Source: Nitrososphaerota archaeon
GTDB taxonomy: Archaea > Thermoproteota > Nitrososphaeria_A > Caldarchaeales > Caldarchaeaceae
DNA length: 64,000 nucleotides
Direction: 5' to 3'
Assembly (NCBI GenBank): GCA_041641305.1
Contig: JBEPYN010000002.1
Location: 96,001-160,000, forward strand
Of this stretch, positions 54,142-64,000 are shown one piece after another (position 1 is the first letter of the stretch; every line of letters begins with the position of its first letter). The notes under the pieces are model-generated. The model was not told where the DNA came from. It did not search any database and saw only the letters and a program-made list of their open reading frames with translations. A program made the position numbers and the translations under genes.

Positions 54142-54825
54142 CTATTCGTGGACACTTTTATCAACCAACACAGCTCTCTCAATCCTCAGAAACCCGTAAA
54201 CACCTCGCCACACCATTCTCCACCCCAGCGGCCGAATCTTTTTGTGGAAAAGAGGGCAGTCGAGAACCATGGTCTCCATTTCACCGCCTTCGCCGCCAGG
54301 GTTGATGCCGTAGCGTTCAGCGAGGGCCTCCAGCTCCTCGACAGCTTCTTCATCAAGCATTCGGCCCAGCCAATTTCTGTCCAGCCCCGCGGCCGCCACA
54401 GCCACAACCATGATCTCAAACCCATCCCGGAGCATTTGGCGGAGAAGCTCACCAGGTTTTTGACCCCACAGCGGTGTCAAGACCGTGAGTCCATGTTTCT
54501 CAGCCGCATGCTTCATCCGCTCTCTTTGATAGCTGCTGGCGAGGGCTCCTGCGACGATGCCATCCACCCTGCCTGCAACCTCTGACAGCGCCCTGTTCAA
54601 GACCTCTTCTTCATCCATGCCTGCTATAGGGTATATGATGTGGTGCTTCCCCATAGCCTCAGCCTGCAAAGGCGTAAGATGTAGGTTAGGATAGTGGAAA
54701 AGGTAGCTGTCAATGGACTGCGGCAAAAAGGTGAGCAACATTTCGACAACATGGCCACCGGCTTCAGCGCGGTAAACGGCGTAGGTCGAGTCTTTACCTC
54801 CAGAGAACAGCGCCGCGAGTCTCAC
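54142..54825 (-). CDS. dph6: Diphthine--ammonia ligase
   Basis: ALFSGGKDS, GALASSYQ, PLW, GEGGEMET.V.DCPLF. Confidence 0.9.
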   Translation of the reverse strand: MRLAALFSGGKDSTYAVYRAEAGGHVVEMLLTFLPQSIDSYLFHYPNLHLTPLQAEAMGKHHIIYPIAGMDEEEVLNRALSEVAGRVDGIVAGALASSYQRERMKHAAEKHGLTVLTPLWGQKPGELLRQMLRDGFEIMVVAVAAAGLDRNWLGRMLDEEAVEELEALAERYGINPGGEGGEMETMVLDCPLFHKKIRPLGWRMVWRGVYGFLRIERAVLVDKSVHE

Positions 54826-54887
54826 ATCAGCTCCATCTCAAAACATTATCCATGCCTTAAGTTAAATTCAGGTGTTCGCCGCTTATT

Positions 54888-56012
54888 TTGATGAAGCTTT
54901 ACGAGTTTGAGGGCAGGGAGCTTTTCCGACGCTATGGCATCCCTGTGAACGATTACGTTGTCGTGAAAAGCGTGGAGGAGGCGCGGCATGCTGCGGAAAA
55001 GCTTGGCGGACGAACGGTTGTAAAGGCTCAGGTTCTCGTTGCTGGCCGTGGAAAAGCAGGCGGCGTCAAGGTTGCGGAGAACGCAGAGGAGGCAAGGATG
55101 TTGGCGGGCAAAATGCTCGGCTCCGAGATAAAGGGTGAAAGGGTTGAGTCACTCATCGTAACAGAGTACACAGAGATTTCTCGCGAGCTTTACCTCGGCA
55201 TCATAGTTGACAGGTTTAAGCGCTCACCCGTGGTCATCGCATCGGCCGAGGGAGGTGTAGAGATTGAGATGCTTGCGAGAACAAGCCCCGGCCACGTGTT
55301 GAAGACCGAGGTCAATCCTCTGCTGGGTCTCGCAGACTATCAGGTGAGGAAAATCGTCTCCTTCATGAAGCTTGACCAAGTGCTGGCACAGCAGGCCGCA
55401 TCTATTCTACGCGGTCTTTACCGCCTATTTGCCGAAACAGATTGCGAGCTTGCGGAGATAAACCCTCTAGCTGTTACGCCGGATAATAGGCTGGTTGCGT
55501 TGGATTCTAAGATTATTGTTGATGATAATGCGTTGTTTAGACGTGGTGAGTTTAGTCGGCCTGAGTCTGGGACGGGTTTGGAGGCCGAGGCTCGGCGTCT
55601 CGGGTTTGCTGCGGTGGAGCTTGACGGGGATATAGGCATTATTGGGAACGGTGCGGGGTTGACGATGGCTACGATGGACATGGTTAAGCTGAAGGGTGGA
55701 AACCCTGCAAACTTCCTCGACGTCGGTGGAGGCGCTGCTGAAGATGTCGTGGAAAAGGCTGCGAGACTGCTGCTCACCCATCCACGGGTTAAAGTGGTGT
55801 TCGTAAACATCCTCGGAGGCATCACACGTTGTGACGAAGTAGCCCGTGGACTTGTCTCTGCATACAAATCAGTTGGAGCGGGAAAAAAGATTGTGGTCAG
55901 GATGATGGGCACCAACGAGGAGGAGGGTAAACGCATCCTTGTCGAAAACGGTATCTACCCGCTTGACAGCATGGAGGAAGCGGCTGCGAAGGCCGCGGAG
56001 CTGGCGAGGTGA
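54888..56012 (+). CDS. sucC: Succinyl-CoA synthetase beta subunit
   Basis: [51 protein letters not shown]. Confidence 0.96.
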   Translation: MMKLYEFEGRELFRRYGIPVNDYVVVKSVEEARHAAEKLGGRTVVKAQVLVAGRGKAGGVKVAENAEEARMLAGKMLGSEIKGERVESLIVTEYTEISRELYLGIIVDRFKRSPVVIASAEGGVEIEMLARTSPGHVLKTEVNPLLGLADYQVRKIVSFMKLDQVLAQQAASILRGLYRLFAETDCELAEINPLAVTPDNRLVALDSKIIVDDNALFRRGEFSRPESGTGLEAEARRLGFAAVELDGDIGIIGNGAGLTMATMDMVKLKGGNPANFLDVGGGAAEDVVEKAARLLLTHPRVKVVFVNILGGITRCDEVARGLVSAYKSVGAGKKIVVRMMGTNEEEGKRILVENGIYPLDSMEEAAAKAAELAR

Positions 56013-56893
56013 AGAACGTGGCAATACTTGTCAACGCGGACACACGTGTTCTCGTTCAGGGCGTTACAGGTAGACAGGGGGCCTTCCACACAAGAGCCAT
56101 GCTCAAGTATGGCACGAAGGTTTTGGCCGGTGTGACCCCTGGCAAAGGTGGCCAATCTGTCGAAGGTGTGCCCGTTTATAACTCGGTTGAGGAGGCGGTG
56201 GCGCAGCATCCCGAGATAAACACATCGATGGTGATGGTTCCCGCGCCCTATGCAGGCGATGCGGTGATCGAGGCGCTTGACGCGGGTATGAAGCTTGTCG
56301 TCGTCATCACAGAGCATGTCCCCATCCATGATGCCATGAAGTTCATCGCATACGCGAAGCTCCGGGGCTCAAACATAGTGGGCCCCAACTGCCCCGGTGT
56401 CATAACACCCGGCGCAGCCAAGGTCGGCATCATGCCTGGCCACATCTTCAAGAAAGGAAGGGTGGGAATTGTTTCGCGCAGCGGTACGCTAACTTATGAG
56501 ATAGCGCACGCCATAACGGTCAAAGGTCTTGGTCAGTCAACATGCATCGGAATAGGAGGCGACCCAGTCGTCGGCCTCAACTTCATAGATGTGTTGGAGA
56601 TGTTTAGAGGTGATGATGAGACGGAGGCTGTTGTGCTCATCGGCGAGATAGGGGGAGACCTTGAGGAGAGGGCTGCCGAGTACATCGTCAGAACAAGCTA
56701 TCCCAAGCCGGTTATAGCCTACATAGCGGGGAGAACCGCACCACCTGAGAAACGGATGGGCCATGCGGGGGCCATCATATCCCTCGGCGCAGGAGACCCC
56801 GCAAGCAAGGTGAAAGCGCTCACAGAAGCAGGTGTACACGTCGCAGCAACACCCGGAGAAGTAGCCAACAAACTCGCCCAACTCCTAAAATGA
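56009..56893 (+). CDS. sucD: Succinyl-CoA synthetase alpha subunit
   Basis: [37 protein letters not shown]. Confidence 0.96.
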   Translation: MKNVAILVNADTRVLVQGVTGRQGAFHTRAMLKYGTKVLAGVTPGKGGQSVEGVPVYNSVEEAVAQHPEINTSMVMVPAPYAGDAVIEALDAGMKLVVVITEHVPIHDAMKFIAYAKLRGSNIVGPNCPGVITPGAAKVGIMPGHIFKKGRVGIVSRSGTLTYEIAHAITVKGLGQSTCIGIGGDPVVGLNFIDVLEMFRGDDETEAVVLIGEIGGDLEERAAEYIVRTSYPKPVIAYIAGRTAPPEKRMGHAGAIISLGAGDPASKVKALTEAGVHVAATPGEVANKLAQLLK

Positions 56894-57681
56894 CAGATTT
56901 AGCACAACTCGCTGAACAAGTCGCTGAAACACTGCGCAAAGAACCCTCGCTGCTGAGAACCGATAGCCAGCTCATACTGGTTGTCGGCGACACCCACGGA
57001 GACGTAGACTCCACCAAAAAAGCCCTCGACGCCGCGGATGAGATAGGGGCTGTTGCGGTTTTTCTCGGCGACTATGTTGACAGAGGTCCTTACCAGATAG
57101 AAAACATTAGCCTGCTTTTTGAAAGGAAGCTTGCAGAGCCGAATAACCTTCTCCTTCTACGCGGCAACCATGAAACCCTCACCATGAACACCTACTACGG
57201 GTTTCTCGACATCGTCACACGCAGACACGGCCTCAAAACCTACCAACAATTTCTCAAAGCATTCACACAACTCCCATACGCGCTACGATGGAGGGATGTT
57301 TTCCTTGTTCACGGTGGAATAGCGAGAGGTTTGCACAAGGTCGACGAGGTTGAGAAGCTCGAGCGTGGAGAAGACGACCCAGAACACCCCATCGCGTTCC
57401 AGCTTATGTGGAATGATCCACATCCGGGTGTCAAAGGATTTGTCGAGAGCGAGCGTGGGGGAGGCGCGCTCTACTTCGGGGAGGATGTGTTCACACGCTT
57501 CATGGAGCAAAACGGTTTACGGCTGATGATACGCTCTCACCAGCCCATGCCCGACGGCTACCGATACATCTTCGGCGGAAAGCTTCTGACGGTTTTCTCA
57601 TGCCGCTACTACATGGTTCCTCCCAAGGCCGTCCTGCTCCAAACCTATATTGAGAAGGCAGAGACAATTGAGTTGAAGTAG
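56890..57681 (+). CDS. PPP-family Ser/Thr protein phosphatase
   Basis: GDTHG, GDYVDRG, RGNHE, HGG, LMWNDP, FG, IRSHQ, TVFSC.YY. Confidence 0.9.
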   Translation: MTDLAQLAEQVAETLRKEPSLLRTDSQLILVVGDTHGDVDSTKKALDAADEIGAVAVFLGDYVDRGPYQIENISLLFERKLAEPNNLLLLRGNHETLTMNTYYGFLDIVTRRHGLKTYQQFLKAFTQLPYALRWRDVFLVHGGIARGLHKVDEVEKLERGEDDPEHPIAFQLMWNDPHPGVKGFVESERGGGALYFGEDVFTRFMEQNGLRLMIRSHQPMPDGYRYIFGGKLLTVFSCRYYMVPPKAVLLQTYIEKAETIELK

Positions 57682-57682
57682 G

Positions 57683-58561
57683 TTGCGTGTCTCGGAGAAG
57701 GTTTACCTGATTGACACACGGGCTCTCGGGTTTGAGAAAATAGTCGCCTGCTACCTTGTCTGGGGAAAGAAAACAGCCTTAGTTGACGCAGGATACGCGG
57801 CGACGGCCGATATCGTGATAAATGCTTTGCGGGAGCTGGGTGTCACGAGGCTCGACTACATAATTCCCACCCACGTCCATCTCGACCACTCGGGCGCGGT
57901 CTGGAGAATCGCCGAACACTTCAGAGAAGCCGAGGTAATCGCTCATCAGAAAGCCGTTAAACACTTGGTTGACCCGTCTAAGCTTGTGGCCAGCGTCCTA
58001 GATGTCTATGGCCCAGACATTCTACAGGTTTTCGGTGAGGTGAAGCCTGTGGAGGAGCACCGTGTCCACAGCGCCGGCGACGGAGAAACCCTTGTCCTCG
58101 GTGATGTCGAGCTAACCTTCATCTACACTCCGGGCCATGCGCCTCATCAGTTCACGATCGCGGTCAGCGATGGATCCATCATCACAGCCGACGCCGTCCC
58201 CGCAAAATATCCCGGCAAACCTTTCATAATCCCGCCAACACCGCCGCCCAGCTTCGACCTCAACCAGTACATCGACAGCCTCGCGAAGCTCGGAAAACTC
58301 GGCTCAGCGGTCTTCCACACACCTCATTTCGGCAGCTACCAAACAGATGAAGCCTATGTCGAGTTTCTCGTCAAAAAGACGCGGGAATTTGTGTCGGCGG
58401 CTGAGAAGGCGTATAGAGAGGGGGCGGGTGTCGGCGGAATATACGCCGCTCTTGAACGGATGCTTGAGAAGGAGGCTGGTGAAAAACTTCCTGTCTATGC
58501 ACAGAACCTCGTCAAAATCTCAGCCATGGGCCTCTACGACTTTTTCAGAAAAACTGGCTGA
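57683..58561 (+). CDS. Metallo-beta-lactamase fold hydrolase
   Basis: THVHLDHSG, TPGHAPH, ITAD, PHFG. Confidence 0.9.
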   Translation: MRVSEKVYLIDTRALGFEKIVACYLVWGKKTALVDAGYAATADIVINALRELGVTRLDYIIPTHVHLDHSGAVWRIAEHFREAEVIAHQKAVKHLVDPSKLVASVLDVYGPDILQVFGEVKPVEEHRVHSAGDGETLVLGDVELTFIYTPGHAPHQFTIAVSDGSIITADAVPAKYPGKPFIIPPTPPPSFDLNQYIDSLAKLGKLGSAVFHTPHFGSYQTDEAYVEFLVKKTREFVSAAEKAYREGAGVGGIYAALERMLEKEAGEKLPVYAQNLVKISAMGLYDFFRKTG

Positions 58562-58593
58562 AGCTATTTTACATGCGTTGAAGTAGATTTTAC

Positions 58594-59523
58594 ATGCCGT
58601 TAATTGCTGTGGTTGGAAGTGGAAGGGTTGGGACATCGGCTGCTTTGCAGATTGCTCTCCGCGAGCTTGGCGACATAGTTTTGCTGGATGTTATTCAGGG
58701 TCTTCCGCAGGGTGAGGCCCTCGACCTAAACCATGCATGTGCAATATTGGACCTCGATGTCGATGTGAAGGGCTCTAACGACTACCGAGACATAGAGGGC
58801 TCGGATGTAGTCGTGGTCACCGCGGGACTTACACGCAAACCCGACATGACCCGGCTCGACCTCTTGCTGAAGAACGCGGATATAATCAAGGAGGTTTCGA
58901 GGCATATAAGGGAGAACGCTCCGAAGTCTAAGGTAATTGTTGTGACAAACCCGCTCGATGTGATGACCTATGTTGCTTATAGGGTGACAGGGTTTGAGAG
59001 CAAGCGTGTGATGGGCTTCAGCGGGCTGCTTGACGTGGGGCGCTACCGATACCTCATCAGAAACAAGCTGGGCGTCAGCTACAAGTCAATCAGAGGGATG
59101 GTTATAGGCGAGCACGGTGACTCGATGGTTCTGCTGCCAAGCCACACCTATGTTGGCACCGAGCCCCTGAGCAAATACTTGGATGAGAAAAGCACCGCGG
59201 AGATTGTGGAGGCGACGCGGAAAATGGGTGCGGAAATCATCAGGCTGAAGGGCTGGTCCGCCCACCACGCACCCGGAGCAGGCGTCGCCGTCATGGTGGA
59301 GGCGATACTCAAGAACCTGAAATCCATCATCCCCACATCAACCCTGCTCACCGGCCAATACGGTGAAAAAGACGTATACGCCGTTCTCCCCTGTGTGCTG
59401 GGAGCAGAGGGGGTTGAGAAGGTGCTTGAGCCGAGCCTGTCCCCCGAGGAACTCGCCAAATTCCGCGAAAGCGTAAAAATCATCCGAAACGCTGTCGGCC
59501 AACTCAGCCTAGACAAGACTTAA
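58594..59523 (+). CDS. mdh: Malate dehydrogenase (LDH-like)
   Basis: VGSGRVG, GEALDL, TAGLTRKPDMTRLDL, VTNPLD, IGEHGD. Confidence 0.93.
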   Translation: MPLIAVVGSGRVGTSAALQIALRELGDIVLLDVIQGLPQGEALDLNHACAILDLDVDVKGSNDYRDIEGSDVVVVTAGLTRKPDMTRLDLLLKNADIIKEVSRHIRENAPKSKVIVVTNPLDVMTYVAYRVTGFESKRVMGFSGLLDVGRYRYLIRNKLGVSYKSIRGMVIGEHGDSMVLLPSHTYVGTEPLSKYLDEKSTAEIVEATRKMGAEIIRLKGWSAHHAPGAGVAVMVEAILKNLKSIIPTSTLLTGQYGEKDVYAVLPCVLGAEGVEKVLEPSLSPEELAKFRESVKIIRNAVGQLSLDKT

Positions 59524-59549
59524 AACGCCGCTATCCAGAGTATTTATGG

Positions 59550-59684
59550 ATGGGAACCGAGAAGAAAGAGTTCAGATGCCCATACTGCGACTCCGTCTTC
59601 AAGACCGAGGCCGAGCTCTCCAAACACATCGACAGAATACATATCGGCAGCGGGTTGCTTGAAGGCGACCGTACAAAATGGTGA
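59550..59684 (+). CDS. 44-aa C2H2 zinc-finger microprotein
   Basis: Manual translation MGTEKKEFRCPYCDSVFKTEAELSKHIDRIHIGSGLLEGDRTKW; fills the mdh-M20 gap and overlaps the next ATG; below the ORF-track cut-off. Confidence 0.85.
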   Translation: MGTEKKEFRCPYCDSVFKTEAELSKHIDRIHIGSGLLEGDRTKW

Positions 59685-61024
59685 ACTATACCGCTCTTTT
59701 CCAACACATCGAGGAAAACCGTGACAAGTATCTCGAGTATGCCAAGCGTCTGATAACCGTGCCAAGCGTCTCAACATATGGCAGCGGCCTCGAGGAATGC
59801 GCTGACCTCGTGGAGGAGATGCTGGAGAGCCATGGATTCCGTGTGGAGAAGTTCAGCAACCCCGAGGGCGGCGGCCCCATACTACTTGGCACGTTGAACT
59901 ACGAGGCCCATGCCACGTTGATGTTTTACAACCACTACGACGTCCAGCCCGCTGAGCCGCTGGAAAAATGGACAACACCACCTTTCACACCAGCCGTCAG
60001 AAACGGCAAACTCTATGGAAGGGGTGCAGCCGACAACAAGGGCAACATCGCCGCCCGTCTCGCAGCCATCGACGCTATGCGCAGCACCATAGGCGAGCTG
60101 CCTGTGAACGTGAAGTTTTTGATCGAGGGAGGCGAGGAGGTTGGAAGCCCGGGCCTCGAAAAATTTGTCCGCGAAAACCGTGACAAACTCTTCGCTGACG
60201 GCTGCATATGGGAATATGGCTACGTAAGTAGAAACGGGTCACCGGTCATCTACCTTGGACAGAAAGGGATGCTTTATGTCGAGCTCGAGACACAGGGCCC
60301 GGCCAGCGACCTACATTCCTCATGGGGAGCCGTTGTCGAAAACCCTGCTTGGAAGCTTGTCCAGGCTCTTTCCACGATGCGGAGCCCCGATGGCAGAGTA
60401 ACGATAGAAGGTTTCTACGACGACGTGGTGTATGAAGGGTTGGAGCTTTTGGAGAAGCTTGACATCGAGGAGTTCAGCCCGCCTCATAAGCTTCTCAAAT
60501 CGGCTGAGCAGGACCCGTTGAGTCAGCTGTTCCTCGAGCCAACCATAAACCTCAACGGCCTCTACGCAGGCTACATAGGCCCCGGCAGCAAAACAATCAT
60601 TCCATCAAAGGCCTCGGCAAAGCTTGACATACGTCTCGTTCCACGCCAAAACCCCGAGAAGATAAAGCAGCTTCTTCTCCAGCATCTCGAGAAACACGGC
60701 TACGCCGACATCAAGCTCCACATCCACCAATCCTACCCAGCTGCCCGGACAAGCCCCGACAACTTCCTCCCCAAACTAGTAGCAGACACAGCAACAACAG
60801 CATACGGAAAACCTCCAATCATAGTTCCTTCTGGAGCTGCCTCGGGACCGATGTACGTCATAACAGACATCCTCGAAACACCATGCGTCTCAACAGGATG
60901 CGGATACCACGGCTCCTCCCCACACGGGCCCGACGAAAACATACGCCTAACAGAATTCACCGCAAACATCAAACACATCGCACTCATCATGTATAACTTC
61001 AAAAACTACCTTTACATGGGTTAG
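59678..61024 (+). CDS. M20 metallopeptidase (ArgE/DapE family)
   Basis: YNHYDVQP, GRGAADNKG, EGGEEVGS, DLHS, HGPDEN. Confidence 0.93.
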   Translation: MVNYTALFQHIEENRDKYLEYAKRLITVPSVSTYGSGLEECADLVEEMLESHGFRVEKFSNPEGGGPILLGTLNYEAHATLMFYNHYDVQPAEPLEKWTTPPFTPAVRNGKLYGRGAADNKGNIAARLAAIDAMRSTIGELPVNVKFLIEGGEEVGSPGLEKFVRENRDKLFADGCIWEYGYVSRNGSPVIYLGQKGMLYVELETQGPASDLHSSWGAVVENPAWKLVQALSTMRSPDGRVTIEGFYDDVVYEGLELLEKLDIEEFSPPHKLLKSAEQDPLSQLFLEPTINLNGLYAGYIGPGSKTIIPSKASAKLDIRLVPRQNPEKIKQLLLQHLEKHGYADIKLHIHQSYPAARTSPDNFLPKLVADTATTAYGKPPIIVPSGAASGPMYVITDILETPCVSTGCGYHGSSPHGPDENIRLTEFTANIKHIALIMYNFKNYLYMG

Positions 61025-61035
61025 GGAAAGAGGGG

Positions 61036-61935
61036 ATGGAAACAGACCCAGTCGACATCTCATCGGATGCTGCATTTTTCCGCGATGATGAATACTTCGA
61101 CCACGTCGTGTACCGGGAGCTTGCGCGGCGAGAGAAGAATGGGAAACGGAGGGAAATGCTGGAGAAGCTTTCCGAGATGGAGAAGGAGCACTACGAGTTC
61201 TGGCGAACGCTTGCACCGGATCAGAGACCCGTTTTCAGCAAGCTCCGCTTCTGGCTCATCATAGTTCTGAGACGCCTGCTTGGAATAACCTTCATCATCA
61301 AATTCCTCGAACGCCATGAAACCGAGGTCATCAACAGATACCGCAAAGTCATAAACAAGGTTGAGGAAAAGCACCGGGAAAAAGTCGAGGACTTTCTCCG
61401 AGACGAGGAGGAGCATGAGAAAACTCTCCAAAACCAAATCGATGAACCCATACTGAAATACATAGGCTTCATAGCCTTGGGGCTATCCGACTCGATAATC
61501 GAAGTCTCAGGAGTTCACGCAGGGTTTCTTGGTGTTACTTCTTCGACGCTGATAGCGGGTGTCGCGGGGCTTGTCGTCGGCTTCGCCGCATCAATATCCA
61601 TGGGTGTCGCGGCATACCTCAAGGCGAAAAGCGAGCTCAGACAAAAATCACTCACCTCGGGGCTCGTCACAGGCGTGGTCTACCTACTGTCAACAATCAT
61701 CCTCGCATTACCCTACTTCCTAACACATGACATGCTCGAAGCCTTCACAGCCTCCATAGCCCTCGCAATAATCCTCGCCTCAACATTCACATACTATGTC
61801 GCCGTAGTCAACGAGACTAGCTTCAAAAGAGAAGTCCTCGAAAACACCCTGCTGATAATGGGCACCGCAGCGGCCACATTCCTCTTCGGCGAATTCCTCG
61901 GAAACCTCTTCGGTATACCAGGGTATTTCCGCTAG
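61036..61935 (+). CDS. Rubrerythrin/ferritin-like domain fused to VIT1/CCC1 transporter (MbfA-like)
   Basis: DE...Y..LA, EKEH, DEEEHE di-iron motifs; LGLSDSIIE, AASISMG..AYL. Confidence 0.88.
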   Translation: METDPVDISSDAAFFRDDEYFDHVVYRELARREKNGKRREMLEKLSEMEKEHYEFWRTLAPDQRPVFSKLRFWLIIVLRRLLGITFIIKFLERHETEVINRYRKVINKVEEKHREKVEDFLRDEEEHEKTLQNQIDEPILKYIGFIALGLSDSIIEVSGVHAGFLGVTSSTLIAGVAGLVVGFAASISMGVAAYLKAKSELRQKSLTSGLVTGVVYLLSTIILALPYFLTHDMLEAFTASIALAIILASTFTYYVAVVNETSFKREVLENTLLIMGTAAATFLFGEFLGNLFGIPGYFR

Positions 61936-62945
61936 CCTGTCTTCCACTGCTCTATTATGCTTTCAACGGAGTCCTCTCCCTTTTGAGCCATGACATACCT
62001 TAGCTCTTCCAACATTTTCTTAACCGTGTAGGGTCCTCTATAAACAAGCGCCGTGTAAAGCTGTACGGTATTAGCTCCTCTTCTCAACGCTTCATATACA
62101 TCTTTGCCCGTAAATACTCCTCCTAACGCGTGGATTTCAAAATTTGAGTCAACCATTTCTCGGACGTCGGAAACAACACGGAGCATGTATGGGAAAAGCG
62201 GTTTGCCGCTGAGGCCTCCTCTGCCAGCTGAAACACGTGGCTCGTCAACCAGTAAAGCGTTTACAGCAGTTACGCCTGTGAACCCGTTTTCAAACCATGT
62301 CTTGACTACACGGTATATGGATTGTTTTTCCTCTGGGCTGTTGTGGGGAGGTATTTTGAGGTAGGTGGGCTTGGTTTTCTCGGCAGCCAGCGACTCGGCG
62401 ACATCTTTGAAAACAGCTGGCGAGAAGTAGTGTCTCAGTTGGGGTGTGTTGGGTGAGCTTATGTTTATCTCTATGGCGTCGGCGTGTTTCTGAGCCTCTC
62501 TGTAGCATTTGAGAAGATACTGTGGATTTTCGTCGGCAACACTTATCAAGACCGGAACATCATAGGGCTTGTTCTTGTCGATGTTTTTCAGAAAATCTTC
62601 TAACCCGGGGTTTGGAAAGCCCATTGCGTTGACCAGCGCCTCTTCCCTTTCTCGTCTGACAACACGTGGTTTTGGAAGACCCTTTCTACGCATCAGCGTA
62701 ACAGTCCCTGCCACAACATAGCCGAATCCGAGCCGCTGCAGAGCTTTGACGTATTTTCCATGTTTATCGAAGCCTGCCGCTAAGCCTATCGGGTTTCTCA
62801 ACCGGCCGAAACATGTGTTAACGCTAAAGCCCCCTTCATCCATGTTTACTCTAATAGGTGTGAGTGAAAGCAAACGGAGACCGAGGACATGGCCCGTCTC
62901 GGGTGGCAGCCTTCTCAGAAACGCGTAAACATATTCTGCAAGCAA
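61932..62945 (-). CDS. pyrD: Dihydroorotate dehydrogenase (class 2-like)
   Basis: PETGH, NPIGLAAGFDK, GTVT, NAMGFPNPG, EINISSPNTP, LKIPP, GGLSGKP, GA..VQLYTALVYRGP; start reassigned to TTG 62945. Confidence 0.92.
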   Translation of the reverse strand: MLAEYVYAFLRRLPPETGHVLGLRLLSLTPIRVNMDEGGFSVNTCFGRLRNPIGLAAGFDKHGKYVKALQRLGFGYVVAGTVTLMRRKGLPKPRVVRREREEALVNAMGFPNPGLEDFLKNIDKNKPYDVPVLISVADENPQYLLKCYREAQKHADAIEINISSPNTPQLRHYFSPAVFKDVAESLAAEKTKPTYLKIPPHNSPEEKQSIYRVVKTWFENGFTGVTAVNALLVDEPRVSAGRGGLSGKPLFPYMLRVVSDVREMVDSNFEIHALGGVFTGKDVYEALRRGANTVQLYTALVYRGPYTVKKMLEELRYVMAQKGEDSVESIIEQWKTG

Positions 62946-63137
62946 TCTATGCCTTCTAATTATAGGGTCTTTATCAACTATACCGGATTTAAAGATGTAG
63001 CAGGATAAAGATATATACCGAATATTCGAGGAGATTTTGTGGGGATGATTGCCGCGTTTTACGCGGTCTTGATTGGGGGCTGGGAGTCTGTCTAATGGGT
63101 CAGCGGCTTTTTTCTGTGATGGATGGGAGGGTTCTGG

Positions 63138-64000
63138 ATGCGTGTGCTGGTTCTGGGTGTAGGAGCGGTTGGAGAGGTTATAGCTAAACATCTCGTAGGT
63201 GAAAGCGGAGTCTCGCTGACGGTCGCCGACATCGATGAGCTGAGGCTGAGGCGAATCAGACGCATGCTGCGGAGAAGAGTTGAGACACGGATGGTAGGCG
63301 AAAACGGCTTTGATGAACTGGTTAAAGACGTCGACCTCGTCATAAACTCTGCAAAGCCCGCGATAAACCTTGAACTCATGAGGACTTGTCTACGATACGG
63401 TGTGAACTACATGGATTTGGCGAGTGACGATATTGATGAGCAGCTGGCTATGGACAGGAGCTGGCGGCGAAAAGAAGCCCTCGCGCTAATCTGCATGGGC
63501 GAGGACCCGGGCCTATCCAACATATACGCCAGATATGCCGCGGACAAGCTGGACAGAGTTAACGCCATCAGGATAAGGGACGGAGAATACTCTAAGAGCA
63601 GAAAATATCCTCTGATAGCGTTGTTTGCCCCCGAGATTTTCTTTGACGAGATACTGTCGCCTTCTCTTGTTTACGTAAACGGCCGATTCAGGAAGTTGCC
63701 TGCTCTCAGCGGCTATGAGGTTTACGAGTTTCCGGAGCCTATTGGCAAGCTTCCGGTCTACTCCGTCAGCCACGAGGAGGTGTATACTCTTCCGAGGTTT
63801 ATCGGGAAAGGTGTTCGCTACGTTGATTTTAAGCTGGCTCTTGCCGATGAATTGATAAACGCAACCAAGCTTCTGAAACGCATCGGGTTGCTGAGGTCGC
63901 GGCGTATGCGTGTCAAAGGTGCATCCGTGTCCCCGCGAGACGTATTCTTCGCTCTCATGCCCAAGCCCTCCGAGATAGCTAAGCATATCGAGGGTTATGC
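63138..64000 (+). CDS. Saccharopine dehydrogenase family protein (partial, runs off the window)
   Basis: Manual translation MRVLVLGVGAVG...VADID...DLVINSA...YMDLA...MGEDPGLSN...HEEV. Confidence 0.85.
   Translation, partial: MRVLVLGVGAVGEVIAKHLVGESGVSLTVADIDELRLRRIRRMLRRRVETRMVGENGFDELVKDVDLVINSAKPAINLELMRTCLRYGVNYMDLASDDIDEQLAMDRSWRRKEALALICMGEDPGLSNIYARYAADKLDRVNAIRIRDGEYSKSRKYPLIALFAPEIFFDEILSPSLVYVNGRFRKLPALSGYEVYEFPEPIGKLPVYSVSHEEVYTLPRFIGKGVRYVDFKLALADELINATKLLKRIGLLRSRRMRVKGASVSPRDVFFALMPKPSEIAKHIEGY

Noticed and set aside
14261-60207. Numerous 60-200-aa antisense or alternate-frame ORFs (e.g. 17146-17697, 19039-19635, 38004-38627, 50155-50718)
   Set aside because: They are shadows of well-supported genes on the other strand or frame, with no motifs.
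62946-63191. N-terminal 80-aa extension of pyrD given by the ORF track
   Set aside because: It overlaps the divergent saccharopine dehydrogenase start and AT-rich promoter sequence; homology starts near 62945.
1-64000. CRISPR array, rRNA or tRNA genes
   Set aside because: No regularly spaced 24-40-bp repeats or cloverleaf/T-loop signatures seen in the intergenic gaps. Small C/D-box sRNAs cannot be excluded by eye.

Overview
Thermophilic archaeal chromosome segment. Crenactin with an arcadin-2-like gene, reverse gyrase, aIF5A, Nep1 and aMBF1 point to a TACK archaeon, most plausibly Aigarchaeota/Caldarchaeales (inference). Bases 1 to ~12,200 form a mosaic accessory island. It holds an HhH-GPD glycosylase plus C5 DNA methyltransferase, a virus-like two-gene module, two divergent DUF72 fusion genes, a doubly broken GH99-like gene, an AT-richer three-gene cluster (tandem Mrr-like nuclease, propeptide-less proteasome-beta-like Ntn hydrolase, small orphan), an HhH/PD-(D/E)xK nuclease and an internally deleted IS6 element with 17-bp TIRs at the border. 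The core region (12.3-64 kb) opens with a ubiquitin-like/SAMP-GG-AbrB fusion and a wHTH gene. It then carries purine catabolism genes, much of the TCA cycle (icd, sdhACDB, acnA, sucCD, mdh), crenactin, a convergent pair of paralogous membrane-anchored coiled-coil metzincins, reverse gyrase, and assorted translation and metabolic genes. No rRNA, tRNA or CRISPR array was recognised. The best candidates for undescribed systems are the nuclease/Ntn-protease cluster (7433-9932), the Ubl-AbrB/wHTH module (12285-13256) and the paired stalked metalloproteases (37317-41734). All family calls come from motif recognition by eye; no database search was run.
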